From a virus (Duplodnaviria; Caudoviricetes): a DNA stretch of 64,000 nucleotides. Positions 36,113-45,303 of this stretch are shown here, in pieces. The first letter of the stretch is position 1. Each line of letters starts with the position of its first letter. Below the pieces are notes generated by a model. It worked only from the letters and a program-made list of their open reading frames with translations, made no database searches and was not told the origin of the DNA. The DNA lies in IMG/VR virus record IMGVR_UViG_3300034061_004620; one strand, given 5' to 3'. A program made the position numbers and the translations under genes.

Positions 36113-37372
36113 ATGGCATTTCCAACAACACCAACAAACGGCCAAATTGCCACAGTAAACGGAATAACATTTTCCTATAGCTCGTCTACAAACAGCTGGA
36201 CCAGAGTAAGCAGTGCTTTATACAATATCGCAAACATTGTTATTACCAGTAATGCCAACGTAGGTAATCTCAATGCAATCAACAATGTAACTGGTAGTAC
36301 TGGTAATTTTAGTGGCAATGTTTTTGCTGCAGGCGTAGTAGGAACTACCTACTACGGTCAGATTAACTTAGGTACTACCAGTGTCAACTTAGATCGTACA
36401 AGCGGAAGTCAAATCCTTAATGGCGTGGGTATTGGTGGCACTGCCGCCACTGCAACTGTTGCTATTAATAATCAAATTACAGCGAACACCAACGCCGGTA
36501 CAGCCTACATAACATTTGTAGACAAAACTTCTGGCAATGCAGGAGAAAATGCAACAACCAGCCTGACATTTAATCCAGCAACAGGCAATATTACTGCACA
36601 AGGCATGTTTACTGCCACTGGCGTATATTGGGCAGGAAATGGCGCAGCATTTGCTTCTGCACCTGGCGGAACCACTGGGCAAATACAATTTAACAATGCT
36701 TCAACATTTGCTGGTGCTGCAGGTTTGACATATTTTCCAGTATCAGGGAACTTGTATCTCTCTACAAATACTCAATCTACCAGCGTTACTACCGGAGCAT
36801 TAGTAATTGAAGGTGGACTGGGATTAGATTCTAATTTGTATATTCAAGGCTCTGCAGGAAATTCAATTGTGGCCACTGGTAATGTAAATGTACGTGGTAA
36901 TCTTGTTCCATTTGGTTGGGCATCGGGATCAGGTAACATTGGCAGTCCAGGCCGAGCCTGGAACACAGTATTTGCAAAAGCTACATCTGCTCAGTATGCT
37001 GACTTGGCAGAAAATTACATCGCAGACAGTGATTATGCTCCAGGCACTGTGTTAATTTTTGGTGGCGACAAAGAAGTTACTGTTACAGAACTTTCGCACG
37101 ATACCAGAGTAGCCGGTGTGGTATCAACTGAACCTGCATATTTAATGAACTCGATGAATGGTAATGTGCCTGTTGCATTAACTGGTAGAGTGCCGTGTTT
37201 TGTTCGCGGGCCAATTTATAAAGGATCACTATTAGTGACCAGTGACATACCAGGTGTAGCCGAAGCTATGTCTACCGGTCTTTATAGACCAGGTTGTGTA
37301 ATTGGTAAAAGTTTAGAAGAAATACAAACAAACGAAATACAAACTATCGAAGTTGTAGTAGGGAGAACATGA
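36113..37372 (+). CDS. Tail fibre with a C-terminal peptidase G2-like chaperone domain
   Basis: MAFPTTPTNGQ start. The YADLAENY...VAGVVSTEPAYLMN...ALTGRVPC domain is paralogous to 33631-34149. Confidence 0.75.
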   Translation: MAFPTTPTNGQIATVNGITFSYSSSTNSWTRVSSALYNIANIVITSNANVGNLNAINNVTGSTGNFSGNVFAAGVVGTTYYGQINLGTTSVNLDRTSGSQILNGVGIGGTAATATVAINNQITANTNAGTAYITFVDKTSGNAGENATTSLTFNPATGNITAQGMFTATGVYWAGNGAAFASAPGGTTGQIQFNNASTFAGAAGLTYFPVSGNLYLSTNTQSTSVTTGALVIEGGLGLDSNLYIQGSAGNSIVATGNVNVRGNLVPFGWASGSGNIGSPGRAWNTVFAKATSAQYADLAENYIADSDYAPGTVLIFGGDKEVTVTELSHDTRVAGVVSTEPAYLMNSMNGNVPVALTGRVPCFVRGPIYKGSLLVTSDIPGVAEAMSTGLYRPGCVIGKSLEEIQTNEIQTIEVVVGRT

Positions 37373-38130
37373 TGCAAAAATTAACTAAAATTTATAGAAA
37401 AGATTATCGCGGCGAAGATGTGATTATAGATAGAATCTACAAAAATTCAGAGTGGAATCCTCGAGCTGAATTTGTACCCAAGACATTTAATTTTATCCCC
37501 GAACAACCTCGTGCAGTTGTTATTGGTAACGGAACGTCAAGGTTAGATTTTGATCTACGTATGTTCTTAGAGTATAGAGAAGGTAATTTTCAAAATTGGA
37601 AGCCAGCATCAATAAAAAGAACATTTTATACCTACGGATGTAACGCAATTTTTAGAGATTATGTGACCGACTTTATCGCAATTACTGGCGAAGGTTTATT
37701 AGATGAATTTGTTAGTACTGTACAAAGACAGGAAGTTATTGCCTACGCTAACAATCAATTTTTGTATAAACATCCATCAAAGTTTAGTTTGATTCCACAA
37801 AATCCCAATCTAAATAGCGGAGCCATTGCTTCTTATCTGGCCGCCTTTGATGGCCATAGTCAAATTTACATGTTAGGATTTGATGGTAACGATACGCCAA
37901 ATTACAATTATAATGTATATGCTAACACATCTTATTATCCAACCTTGTATGAAAACGTACAAGAAGATTTTTGGGTTAAAAGCCTGTCAACAATAATGAA
38001 AGTTTACAACGATACAGAATTTGTTAGAGTGATGCCAACCAGCAGTTCAAGAATTCCTGAACCATGGAAGTATTTTACTAATTTTAGACAAGTAAATTTT
38101 AATCAATTTGCATCTGAGATTGGTTTATAA
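37369..38130 (+). CDS. MptE-like / sialyltransferase-like Rossmann protein
   Basis: AVVIGNGTSR, YGCNAIFRDY..D, NSGAIA.YLA..DGH..IYMLGFD motifs. Confidence 0.55.
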   Translation: MMQKLTKIYRKDYRGEDVIIDRIYKNSEWNPRAEFVPKTFNFIPEQPRAVVIGNGTSRLDFDLRMFLEYREGNFQNWKPASIKRTFYTYGCNAIFRDYVTDFIAITGEGLLDEFVSTVQRQEVIAYANNQFLYKHPSKFSLIPQNPNLNSGAIASYLAAFDGHSQIYMLGFDGNDTPNYNYNVYANTSYYPTLYENVQEDFWVKSLSTIMKVYNDTEFVRVMPTSSSRIPEPWKYFTNFRQVNFNQFASEIGL

Positions 38131-38545
38131 CCTGTTCCACCGTTTTAATCTTGTCGATAATTGATTTAAAGCTAAAGGTACGCCATACCCCTGGATGCAA
38201 TGGTTTTGGATGATCCTCTAAACCGGTCCAAGCATACCCGCGATGTTCGGTATTTAACCGTGGTATAAATTCGTCGTCTACAACAATCAAATAGGTATGA
38301 TATTCAAAGTTGTTGGTATCACTGGTAAATTTTTCTAAGGGTATAATTTTGGTAGTCGTAATTTGACCAATTTCTTCGCAGATTTCTCGTTGTAATCCTT
38401 CAATTGGGGTTTCATGTTGTTCCAATCCACCACCTACCAATCCCCAAGACCCTGCATGACGTTTTTGATTACGTAGTAAAAAAAGATATCTTTGAGTTGA
38501 CTTACTGTAAATTAAAGCACCACAACCTATATGATTAGACTCCAC
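38099..38545 (-). CDS. NUDIX hydrolase
   Basis: Complete Nudix box GGLEQHETPIEGLQREICEEIG (GX5EX7REUXEEXG). Confidence 0.9.
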   Translation of the reverse strand: MESNHIGCGALIYSKSTQRYLFLLRNQKRHAGSWGLVGGGLEQHETPIEGLQREICEEIGQITTTKIIPLEKFTSDTNNFEYHTYLIVVDDEFIPRLNTEHRGYAWTGLEDHPKPLHPGVWRTFSFKSIIDKIKTVEQVINQSQMQID

Positions 38546-39882
38546 TCACCACCTCGATAAACACCTTCTACACTCTTGACCCACTCCTCACCAGTCCATC
38601 TGTACTGTGTGTTGGTATTGGTATTGGTTACATATTCTATTTGATCGTTAGCTGCACTGTTAAATACCACTGTCCACTGCGAGCCATTGTATTCTATTAT
38701 ATCGTTCTGATACGCAACTATTTCACCCCATTCGCTGTAAAACTGATTTTCAGCTGATCCAACATTGTCTGTAAGCAGGTATCTTGTACCTGCTGTGGGT
38801 GTTAGTAGAGCACTGTCAACATCTATGTTCAAAGGATTAATGATAGCATCAACTGGATCTATAGTATTCAAGGGCATGGTATCTTCAATTGCCGTGAACA
38901 AAAGAATGTTTGGATCCGATGGGTGATAGGTAATTGATCCTATCAGTTCGTTGCCAGTGGGCAATTCTATTCTGATTTCACTTTGCCCAGTTACCAGACT
39001 ACCATAAATGTCAATAAAAGCACGCCATGTATCTGGAGCACCCACATTGGTAATGTTTGCTTGATCGTCTACCACTTCCTGCGGTTTCAGCAAGCGCAAT
39101 TGATTACCAGCAAAGAATATGCCATAGTTCATAGGAGTTACTCGAACTCTACTTACCAAATTAGATAACACTGTTTCTTCACTGAATGCGCCTTGCTCGT
39201 CGTAAATGTTAGCGATGAATTTTTGTATCACACCAAGACGTTTGACCTTGGCCGGTGCACTGATCCAGATTGGCATTTCAAAAGTCAATGTTGCAACATC
39301 AATTGGTTCTTCAGTGCTGGTTGGAATAGTGCGCGAACTCCACATCATCTCGGTCAATTGCACGTAAGTTAAACTGGTCCAATCTATATAATTGTCAGTG
39401 CTTTGTATTTCCAGACTGGGATTGAACAGCACAGCCAATTGTTCAATGATCTGCATTTTTTGTTCGGTATTACTGGTCCATATATCTAACTTTGCTGTAA
39501 GTTTGTAAGGAACCGGCATCAAGCGTTCAATAGTGTAACTGTCACCTTGATTGGAGTTATACAAACCGGTATCAGGATCAAATTCACGTTCACGCAAATG
39601 CATCTTGCTTACAAAGTTTGGCTCTTGCATGCGAGCTTGATCGTAATTTAAACCGTCGATGTAGACAGCCATTGCAGGAACTGCATTCAGTGTATTCTCG
39701 CTGTTACCCTTGAGTATTACAGCAGCCTGTCTACTTTGGTCTCCATAGTACACTGGTACACGTTGCAAAGATCTCACGCCTTGACTGTTTTTACCAAATT
39801 CCACATCAATTCCGCTCACAATTCGCATGAATTGAACCAAGAATCTACGTAACTGACCATCATAAAAAAATTGTTGAGCCAT
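38527..39882 (-). CDS. gp15: Tail terminator / sheath stabiliser
   Basis: FFYDGQLRRFLVQF, RVPVYYG, PVPY.L...LDIW...EQ..QIIEQL..LFNP motifs. Confidence 0.8.
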   Translation of the reverse strand: MAQQFFYDGQLRRFLVQFMRIVSGIDVEFGKNSQGVRSLQRVPVYYGDQSRQAAVILKGNSENTLNAVPAMAVYIDGLNYDQARMQEPNFVSKMHLREREFDPDTGLYNSNQGDSYTIERLMPVPYKLTAKLDIWTSNTEQKMQIIEQLAVLFNPSLEIQSTDNYIDWTSLTYVQLTEMMWSSRTIPTSTEEPIDVATLTFEMPIWISAPAKVKRLGVIQKFIANIYDEQGAFSEETVLSNLVSRVRVTPMNYGIFFAGNQLRLLKPQEVVDDQANITNVGAPDTWRAFIDIYGSLVTGQSEIRIELPTGNELIGSITYHPSDPNILLFTAIEDTMPLNTIDPVDAIINPLNIDVDSALLTPTAGTRYLLTDNVGSAENQFYSEWGEIVAYQNDIIEYNGSQWTVVFNSAANDQIEYVTNTNTNTQYRWTGEEWVKSVEGVYRGGEWSLII

Positions 39883-41267
39883 TAGTTATCTGCCTTTGGT
39901 CTAAGTGCCTGACTTAAACTTTGTCTAATTGTAACATTGCCGGTGTTGTTGACATAAGTTTCGGTATTGTTAACAAAGCCGCTGCGTTGTGTCTTGTTGT
40001 CTGCACCAAGGGTGAGTGTTGTGCGTACATTGTCTTCAATCTTGACCCATCTACGACCCTCCCATCTAAATAGCCTGTTAGGCAAATAGTCGGTTCTTAA
40101 TGCATAATCACCAATTTGCGGATTGACAGGAAAGGCTATACCGGTGGTCATTGGCAAGCCGTTTGGCGGCCCTCCTACACCAGTTAGATAACCATGTACA
40201 GTATCGTCTGGTGACAAAATACCCGTATCTGTTCCTATGATCCCAGTGTCGCCGGTTACTGCATCGCTATCTGTTGTGATTCCGGCAGGATCGCCAGGCG
40301 CCTCATCAACTGTTTTAGATTTAATATAAAGATGGCTGATATCATAACCACTGTAAGGTACATTGGTTTCTGCTTCTTCAAGAATAGCATTGTTGATGGT
40401 TTGGTACTTGCTGATAATACTGGAAACAGAGCCTAATGAAATATTACCCAAAGTTGGATCACCCTCAGGAGCATCAACTTTGATCTGATTGAGAATGTCT
40501 TTGTATTCTTGACTGTCAGTCAACGGATTAATCTTGCAACGCCATAAATGCGGCCACCAGGTAGGACTAAATCCTTCAGAAGCATTGTTACAGTCGCTTA
40601 TTACATAAAATCTTTTCAGTGCCACTGGTAACGTGTCGTCCAGCGGATAATAGTCTTTGAGATGCATGAGTTCAATGACATCGCCAGGCATCAACTTGCG
40701 TCCTATTGTTTCAATCATGTCGTTGATATGAAAAACTATAAACAAGGTACCTGTTTGCAAGAACATACCAAATTGGCTAAGATCAAAGGTTACATCTTGT
40801 GTTTGATAGATACCACGCATGGCATACACGCTGGTATCATATTTTCTATCGCGATTTTCTAAGAAAAACAGATCTTGAATGTTTTGTGCGCTTTGATTGA
40901 TATAACTTGGTTTACTGGCATTTTCATAAAACTTTACAGTTGAATTACTGGTCAGCGCAGTAGTGGTATTTGAGCTCAATGTCACTGTGTTTGCGGTTTT
41001 TGCAATTACAGTTGTGTTGGCTGCTATACCAGTACCAACAACAAAGTTACCAAGCATGACATCGCCTGTAGCGCCAAAATTCAAAATTGGACTTGCATTT
41101 GCTTGAGATACTGAAGTGATTTTTACCGTGTTCTGTTCGTTTATACCAAGATATTTGTGAACCAAAATACCAGTGCCGCCCAGAGTAAACATTTCGCTTA
41201 TTCTGCGATCAAAAAATTTATAGTCGTTGCTGTGACGTCCGTCTTTCCAAAGTGATAATCTTGGCAC
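39882..41267 (-). CDS. gp14: Neck protein
   Basis: DLFFLENRDRKYD and QFGMFL...GDVIEL motifs. Coupled to gp15. Confidence 0.75.
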   Translation of the reverse strand: MPRLSLWKDGRHSNDYKFFDRRISEMFTLGGTGILVHKYLGINEQNTVKITSVSQANASPILNFGATGDVMLGNFVVGTGIAANTTVIAKTANTVTLSSNTTTALTSNSTVKFYENASKPSYINQSAQNIQDLFFLENRDRKYDTSVYAMRGIYQTQDVTFDLSQFGMFLQTGTLFIVFHINDMIETIGRKLMPGDVIELMHLKDYYPLDDTLPVALKRFYVISDCNNASEGFSPTWWPHLWRCKINPLTDSQEYKDILNQIKVDAPEGDPTLGNISLGSVSSIISKYQTINNAILEEAETNVPYSGYDISHLYIKSKTVDEAPGDPAGITTDSDAVTGDTGIIGTDTGILSPDDTVHGYLTGVGGPPNGLPMTTGIAFPVNPQIGDYALRTDYLPNRLFRWEGRRWVKIEDNVRTTLTLGADNKTQRSGFVNNTETYVNNTGNVTIRQSLSQALRPKADN

Positions 41268-41287
41268 AATTGTATCCTGTTATTTTA

Positions 41288-41295
41288 TATTTAGC
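41288..41295 (-). promoter_or_regulatory. Late promoter (GCTAAATA) for gp14-gp15-NUDIX
   Basis: NNTAAATA motif on the minus strand, 20 nt upstream of the start. Confidence 0.5.
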
Positions 41296-41306
41296 GGACT
41301 CCTACT

Positions 41307-41335
41307 TTGACATAAATTAGGGTATACTATATAAT
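41307..41335 (+). promoter_or_regulatory. Perfect sigma70 promoter TTGACA-N17-TATAAT
   Basis: -35 at 41307-41312 and -10 at 41330-41335. Confidence 0.9.
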
Positions 41336-41342
41336 ACACACA

Positions 41343-41624
41343 ATGAGTGAATTTAAAAGTTTACACGACTGGCAAGAAATTGAAACGCAAATCAAGCGTT
41401 CGTTATGGTCCTTGTACAATTTACAGCACAAACGAGAGCTGGAACGCATGTACAAAAACTTAATGAACACTGTGACTGATTTGAGCCGAGCAGATGTAGA
41501 CAGACGCAGGTATGGGCATAGCATTAAGTATGACGAACAGTTAGCAAAAGTGCAACAACAGTTGCAAGAATTGCAATCCTGGCTCATGTTTGCAACACTA
41601 CTTGACGAAAAACCCAAAGAATAG
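41343..41624 (+). CDS. Small early hypothetical protein
   Basis: 93-aa helical ORF whose ATG is at the predicted transcription start. Confidence 0.7.
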   Translation: MSEFKSLHDWQEIETQIKRSLWSLYNLQHKRELERMYKNLMNTVTDLSRADVDRRRYGHSIKYDEQLAKVQQQLQELQSWLMFATLLDEKPKE

Positions 41625-41630
41625 TATAAT
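41602..41630 (+). promoter_or_regulatory. Sigma70 promoter TTGACG-N17-TATAAT
   Basis: -35 at 41602-41607 and -10 at 41625-41630. Confidence 0.85.
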
Positions 41631-41660
41631 TGTAAAGTTGTAAATATCAAGGAGCCTGCT

Positions 41661-42848
41661 ATGGCATTAGCACAATCTGTTAAAGCACCTAAAAAAGCAC
41701 CACCAAAAAAACGTGATCCGCTATTTGCTGATGAAAAGTACACCGGACGTGAACCAGTCTGGGATACAGAACGAGCACTTGCAATGACACAAGAGGAGTT
41801 TGATCATCACTTGCGTAAAAGTTTTTTTTACTACAACTACTTTTATGTACAAAAAGATCTCAAAAAACATGCAGTAAAGTGGATGCAAGACAACAAATAC
41901 AGCAAAGCAGAAGTTTCTGCCTTTGTTCGCAGCCCAGACCGCGCAGTTACAATGACTGCTTACAGTCTGCTTATGTCAAGTCTGCAAGGTATGCCGTTCC
42001 GTGAAAAAGAACTTGCTTACTTCAAGCAACAAATTGCCAATGCCATCAGTTCAGCTGACGCAGAGCCAGCAGAAACTGTGACAGGCGCAAAAGCAGCGGT
42101 GCCGATTGCGGCAGTGCGAGTGCCCACTATTCAGGACAGGCTCAACGAAAAAACCAGCGAGCATCTGGCACACTTTGAAGGACTGTATGACGAAGTGTGC
42201 ATGGGCACCACTGTTGATCCCAAAGCCTACGATTATCTGGTTTCAAACGCAGTGCCACAAAGCCAGATTAAAAAGTTTGAAGACCTGTTCATGCGGCGCA
42301 AGACCGAGTTGGGCGAAGCTGTAGGTAAAGTTGACGAACAAATAGTGGAAGCGTACCGGCATTACAAAACTGCGGACTTTAAACGGTTGCATGCGTTTAT
42401 TCAATGCATCTTAGACGCTCTGGACCAATACCGTTCAGTTAAAAAAGCTACAAAGAAGGCTCGCGTAAAACGTGCGCCCAACAAGGAAAAAGTTGTCAGC
42501 AAGCTCAAGTACATGAAGGAAGAAAAGACACTCAAGCTGGTGAGTATTAATCCAGTTGATATCATTGGCGCACAAGAGTTGTGGACATACAACACAAAGA
42601 CCCGTAAACTGTACAAGTACATTGCCGACAGCTTGCACGGACCGTTGGGTGTAAAAGGTACCAGCCTAACCGGATTTGATGACGCCAAATCTGTAGGTAA
42701 AACTTTGCGTAAACCCGATGAAAAGCTCAAGGAGTTTGGCCGAGCCAGCAAGGTACAGCTACGCAAGTTCTTGGACGAAATCAAAGCCACAGAAACTGTA
42801 GGTAACGGGCGTATCAATGCTGACATGATTCTGCTTCGAATCAACTAA
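41661..42848 (+). CDS. Early hypothetical protein
   Basis: 395-aa basic ORF with an AAGGAG RBS and its own sigma70 promoter. Confidence 0.8.
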   Translation: MALAQSVKAPKKAPPKKRDPLFADEKYTGREPVWDTERALAMTQEEFDHHLRKSFFYYNYFYVQKDLKKHAVKWMQDNKYSKAEVSAFVRSPDRAVTMTAYSLLMSSLQGMPFREKELAYFKQQIANAISSADAEPAETVTGAKAAVPIAAVRVPTIQDRLNEKTSEHLAHFEGLYDEVCMGTTVDPKAYDYLVSNAVPQSQIKKFEDLFMRRKTELGEAVGKVDEQIVEAYRHYKTADFKRLHAFIQCILDALDQYRSVKKATKKARVKRAPNKEKVVSKLKYMKEEKTLKLVSINPVDIIGAQELWTYNTKTRKLYKYIADSLHGPLGVKGTSLTGFDDAKSVGKTLRKPDEKLKEFGRASKVQLRKFLDEIKATETVGNGRINADMILLRIN

Positions 42849-42854
42849 GAGCAA

Positions 42855-42885
42855 GGTGTCCTGGTAAATACACTATCAGGACACC
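42855..42885 (+). promoter_or_regulatory. Late promoter (GGTAAATA) in the loop of a 9-bp inverted repeat
   Basis: GGTGTCCTG-GTAAATACACTAT-CAGGACACC. Confidence 0.65.
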
Positions 42886-42888
42886 CAA

Positions 42889-43815
42889 ATGGCCACAGCA
42901 GATACAACCAACTTTTACGCCAATGGCGTAATGATTACAGACAGTCTTTACAATCCAGTTACTGGAACAGGCACTGGGCACATTGCCTATGATCCCAACG
43001 AAACACTCGGGAACATTTCTGCGCCCGAACTTGACACAGTCAATAATAAACGTACCGAAATCACGGACTATATTAGACTGCGTTTAGCCGACGGTATAGT
43101 AGACGTAGAATTAGATAAAGAGCATTATGATTTAGCCATTAACCAAGCTCTTATCAAATATAGACAACGTGCCGCCAACAGCCAAGAAGAGTCTTACGCT
43201 TTCTTAAAACTAAAACCTGAAACACAAGAATATATATTACCCAACGAAGTTATGGAGGTACGTGCTGCCTATCGCAGAGGTATAGGATCAGTTACTGGTA
43301 CTACAGCCAGCCAATTTGAGCCATTTAGTTCCGGGTACCTGAACACCTACATGCTTGTAGCTGGCAGAGTGGGCGGACTGTTAAGCTATGAACTATTTGT
43401 TGATTATCAGAAAATGTCAATGAAGATGTTTGGCGGATACTTAAATTTTTATTTTAATAAAACAACTAAAAAGTTAACTCTTATACGTAAAATTCCATAT
43501 GCTGGTGCAAATCAACAAGAAGAACAAATGGAAGATTGTTTGCTGCACATATACAATTACAAACCTGACAGCATGTTGTTAAACGATTTCCAAGCGTTTC
43601 CTTGGATCCAAGAGTATGCATACAGCTTTGCCAAACGTATCCTGGGCGAAGCAAGAGAAAAGTTTGGCAGTATTGCAGGTCCACAAGGCGGAACGCAACT
43701 GAACGGTGCCAGTTTAAAAGCAGAAGCAGTAAATGAAATTACCGAATTAGAAAAGCAACTGTTAGACGCAGTAGATGGCTCTATTCCTACGTCAGCATTT
43801 TTTGTTATAGGTTAA
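42889..43815 (+). CDS. gp13: Neck protein
   Basis: YIRLRLADGIVDVELDKEHYD.AI..AL and W.QEY..S..K.ILGEAR.KF.SI.GP.GG..LNG motifs. Confidence 0.85.
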   Translation: MATADTTNFYANGVMITDSLYNPVTGTGTGHIAYDPNETLGNISAPELDTVNNKRTEITDYIRLRLADGIVDVELDKEHYDLAINQALIKYRQRAANSQEESYAFLKLKPETQEYILPNEVMEVRAAYRRGIGSVTGTTASQFEPFSSGYLNTYMLVAGRVGGLLSYELFVDYQKMSMKMFGGYLNFYFNKTTKKLTLIRKIPYAGANQQEEQMEDCLLHIYNYKPDSMLLNDFQAFPWIQEYAYSFAKRILGEAREKFGSIAGPQGGTQLNGASLKAEAVNEITELEKQLLDAVDGSIPTSAFFVIG

Positions 43816-43816
43816 C

Positions 43817-44191
43817 ATGAAAATCAAAGACATTATCATTGAGCAAAAAGGTGTGTTAAAAGATCGGGCACGATTGGCCACACGTGGGTTAAATAAGTTC
43901 TCAGACGCAAAAAAATGGAACGGCGATTACACACTTTATAGACTTGGTTTGGCGTTGGCGTCCACAGACGGTAAAGAAATGCCAGATGTTGACGAAGAAT
44001 CTTGGATTGGTAAGTGGAAACTGGCAGCACCCTATACTCAAGCTGAGCAAGACATGCTAAACTTGGCATACAAAGCAGTGGATGCAAATGTTGAAGATAT
44101 GAATCACGGAGATATGAAAAGTCAAGAATGTCACACTGTGAACAAATCCAGTCCGGTAGCTGTAAACAAAAAGAACAAATATGGTGTTTGA
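43817..44191 (+). CDS. Hypothetical protein, possibly capsid-internal
   Basis: 124-aa ORF starting MKIKDIIIE, which resembles a capsid targeting sequence. Confidence 0.65.
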   Translation: MKIKDIIIEQKGVLKDRARLATRGLNKFSDAKKWNGDYTLYRLGLALASTDGKEMPDVDEESWIGKWKLAAPYTQAEQDMLNLAYKAVDANVEDMNHGDMKSQECHTVNKSSPVAVNKKNKYGV

Positions 44192-44216
44192 CTTGTGCTT
44201 AAAAATAAATTAAAAT
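44188..44216 (+). promoter_or_regulatory. Sigma70-like promoter TTGACT-N17-TAAAAT
   Basis: -35 at 44188-44193 and -10 at 44211-44216, upstream of the dNMP kinase. Confidence 0.7.
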
Positions 44217-44237
44217 GCTCCTTAGGGGGCATTTTTT
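44212..44237 (+). terminator. Intrinsic terminator overlapping the promoter -10
   Basis: AAAATGCTCC-TTAG-GGGGCATTTT-TT. Confidence 0.7.
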
Positions 44238-44903
44238 ATGATCATAGGTATTACAGGTTTTATTGGATCTGGTAAAGACACAGTAGCAAATTATCTTGTT
44301 GCCAAACATGGATTTGTAAGAGACAGTTATGCTGGTACGCTTAAAGATGCTGTAGCCAGAGTATTTGGGTGGGATAGAGAACTGTTAGAAGGACTAACAC
44401 CCGAAGCCAGAGAATGGCGAGAACAAGTAGACCCGTGGTGGGCAAAACGACTGGACATGCCCCGACTCACTCCTCGGTATATGCTGCAACTTTGGGGGAC
44501 AGAAGTTTGCCGTAAAGCATTTCATAATGATATATGGATTGCCAGCTTAGAAAATAGACTCCGTAAAACCACTGAAGATATTGTTATCAGTGATGTGCGT
44601 TTTCCTAATGAAATAGCTGCTATTAGAAAACACGGTGGAATCTGTGTATGGGTAAAACGTGGATCATTACCACAGTGGTATGATTGTGCGTTACGTGAAA
44701 ACACCACACACGAACATAGCCAATGGCTATTAGAAGATGCCGGACAGCTTATGCCGCAACAGTATCCTGATGTGCATCACAGCGAGTGGGCTTGGATTGG
44801 GCAAGCATTCGACTACGAACTGGACAACAACGGCACAGTAGAAGATTTATACCAGCAAGTTAATAATCTGCTACAAGCGGACTCTCACGCCAAGTTGTTT
44901 TAG
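44238..44903 (+). CDS. gp1: Deoxynucleoside monophosphate kinase
   Basis: IIGITGFIGSGKDTVA P-loop, PRYMLQLWGTE and ISDVRFPNE motifs. Confidence 0.92.
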   Translation: MIIGITGFIGSGKDTVANYLVAKHGFVRDSYAGTLKDAVARVFGWDRELLEGLTPEAREWREQVDPWWAKRLDMPRLTPRYMLQLWGTEVCRKAFHNDIWIASLENRLRKTTEDIVISDVRFPNEIAAIRKHGGICVWVKRGSLPQWYDCALRENTTHEHSQWLLEDAGQLMPQQYPDVHHSEWAWIGQAFDYELDNNGTVEDLYQQVNNLLQADSHAKLF

Positions 44904-45204
44904 AGTTATCAATATCAATTCTACAGTTAGCACAAACTGACCGTAGATTTGTCCAATCATTGTTCTTGAGATTGCCGTCAATGTGAAAAACAAACATTTG
45001 ATTGGCGGTTTTTGCTTTAAAATTGCAACGGTCACACGCTAATTTTTTCTTATACCCGGTCTTGATCCAACCGGGCGAAACACGATTCTTTTTACCCTTG
45101 CGTAAACAACCTGCACACATTTTCCTGTAGCGTGTTTTTTCACCTGAATGATAATTAATAGCTACAGGATTGCCATGACATGCTGCACATAATGGTCTAT
45201 TCAT
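44860..45204 (-). CDS. HNH endonuclease-like zinc-binding protein
   Basis: Four CXXC motifs and FHIDGNLKNNDWTNL..VCANC. Start likely ATG 45204. Confidence 0.75.
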   Translation of the reverse strand: MNRPLCAACHGNPVAINYHSGEKTRYRKMCAGCLRKGKKNRVSPGWIKTGYKKKLACDRCNFKAKTANQMFVFHIDGNLKNNDWTNLRSVCANCRIDIDNSKTTWRESPLVADY

Positions 45205-45209
45205 AGTCA

Positions 45210-45217
45210 TATTTATA
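45210..45217 (-). promoter_or_regulatory. Late promoter (TATAAATA), leaderless geometry
   Basis: Exact consensus, then 5 nt, then ATG 45204. Confidence 0.65.
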
Positions 45218-45266
45218 TATAAACCTTTCGAAAGGCACCTGTACAGCCATAAAATAATATCCTTTT

Positions 45267-45274
45267 AATAAATA
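45267..45274 (+). promoter_or_regulatory. Late promoter (AATAAATA) for the sheath gene
   Basis: NNTAAATA motif followed by an AAGGA RBS. Confidence 0.6.
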
Positions 45275-45303
45275 CACAAAATGTTTGTTAAAAGGAAAAA
45301 AAC

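Noticed and set aside
33631-37372. DGR template/variable repeat pair between the two G2-like domains
   Set aside because: Differences are not adenine-specific, both copies are intact coding paralogues, and no reverse transcriptase is in the window.
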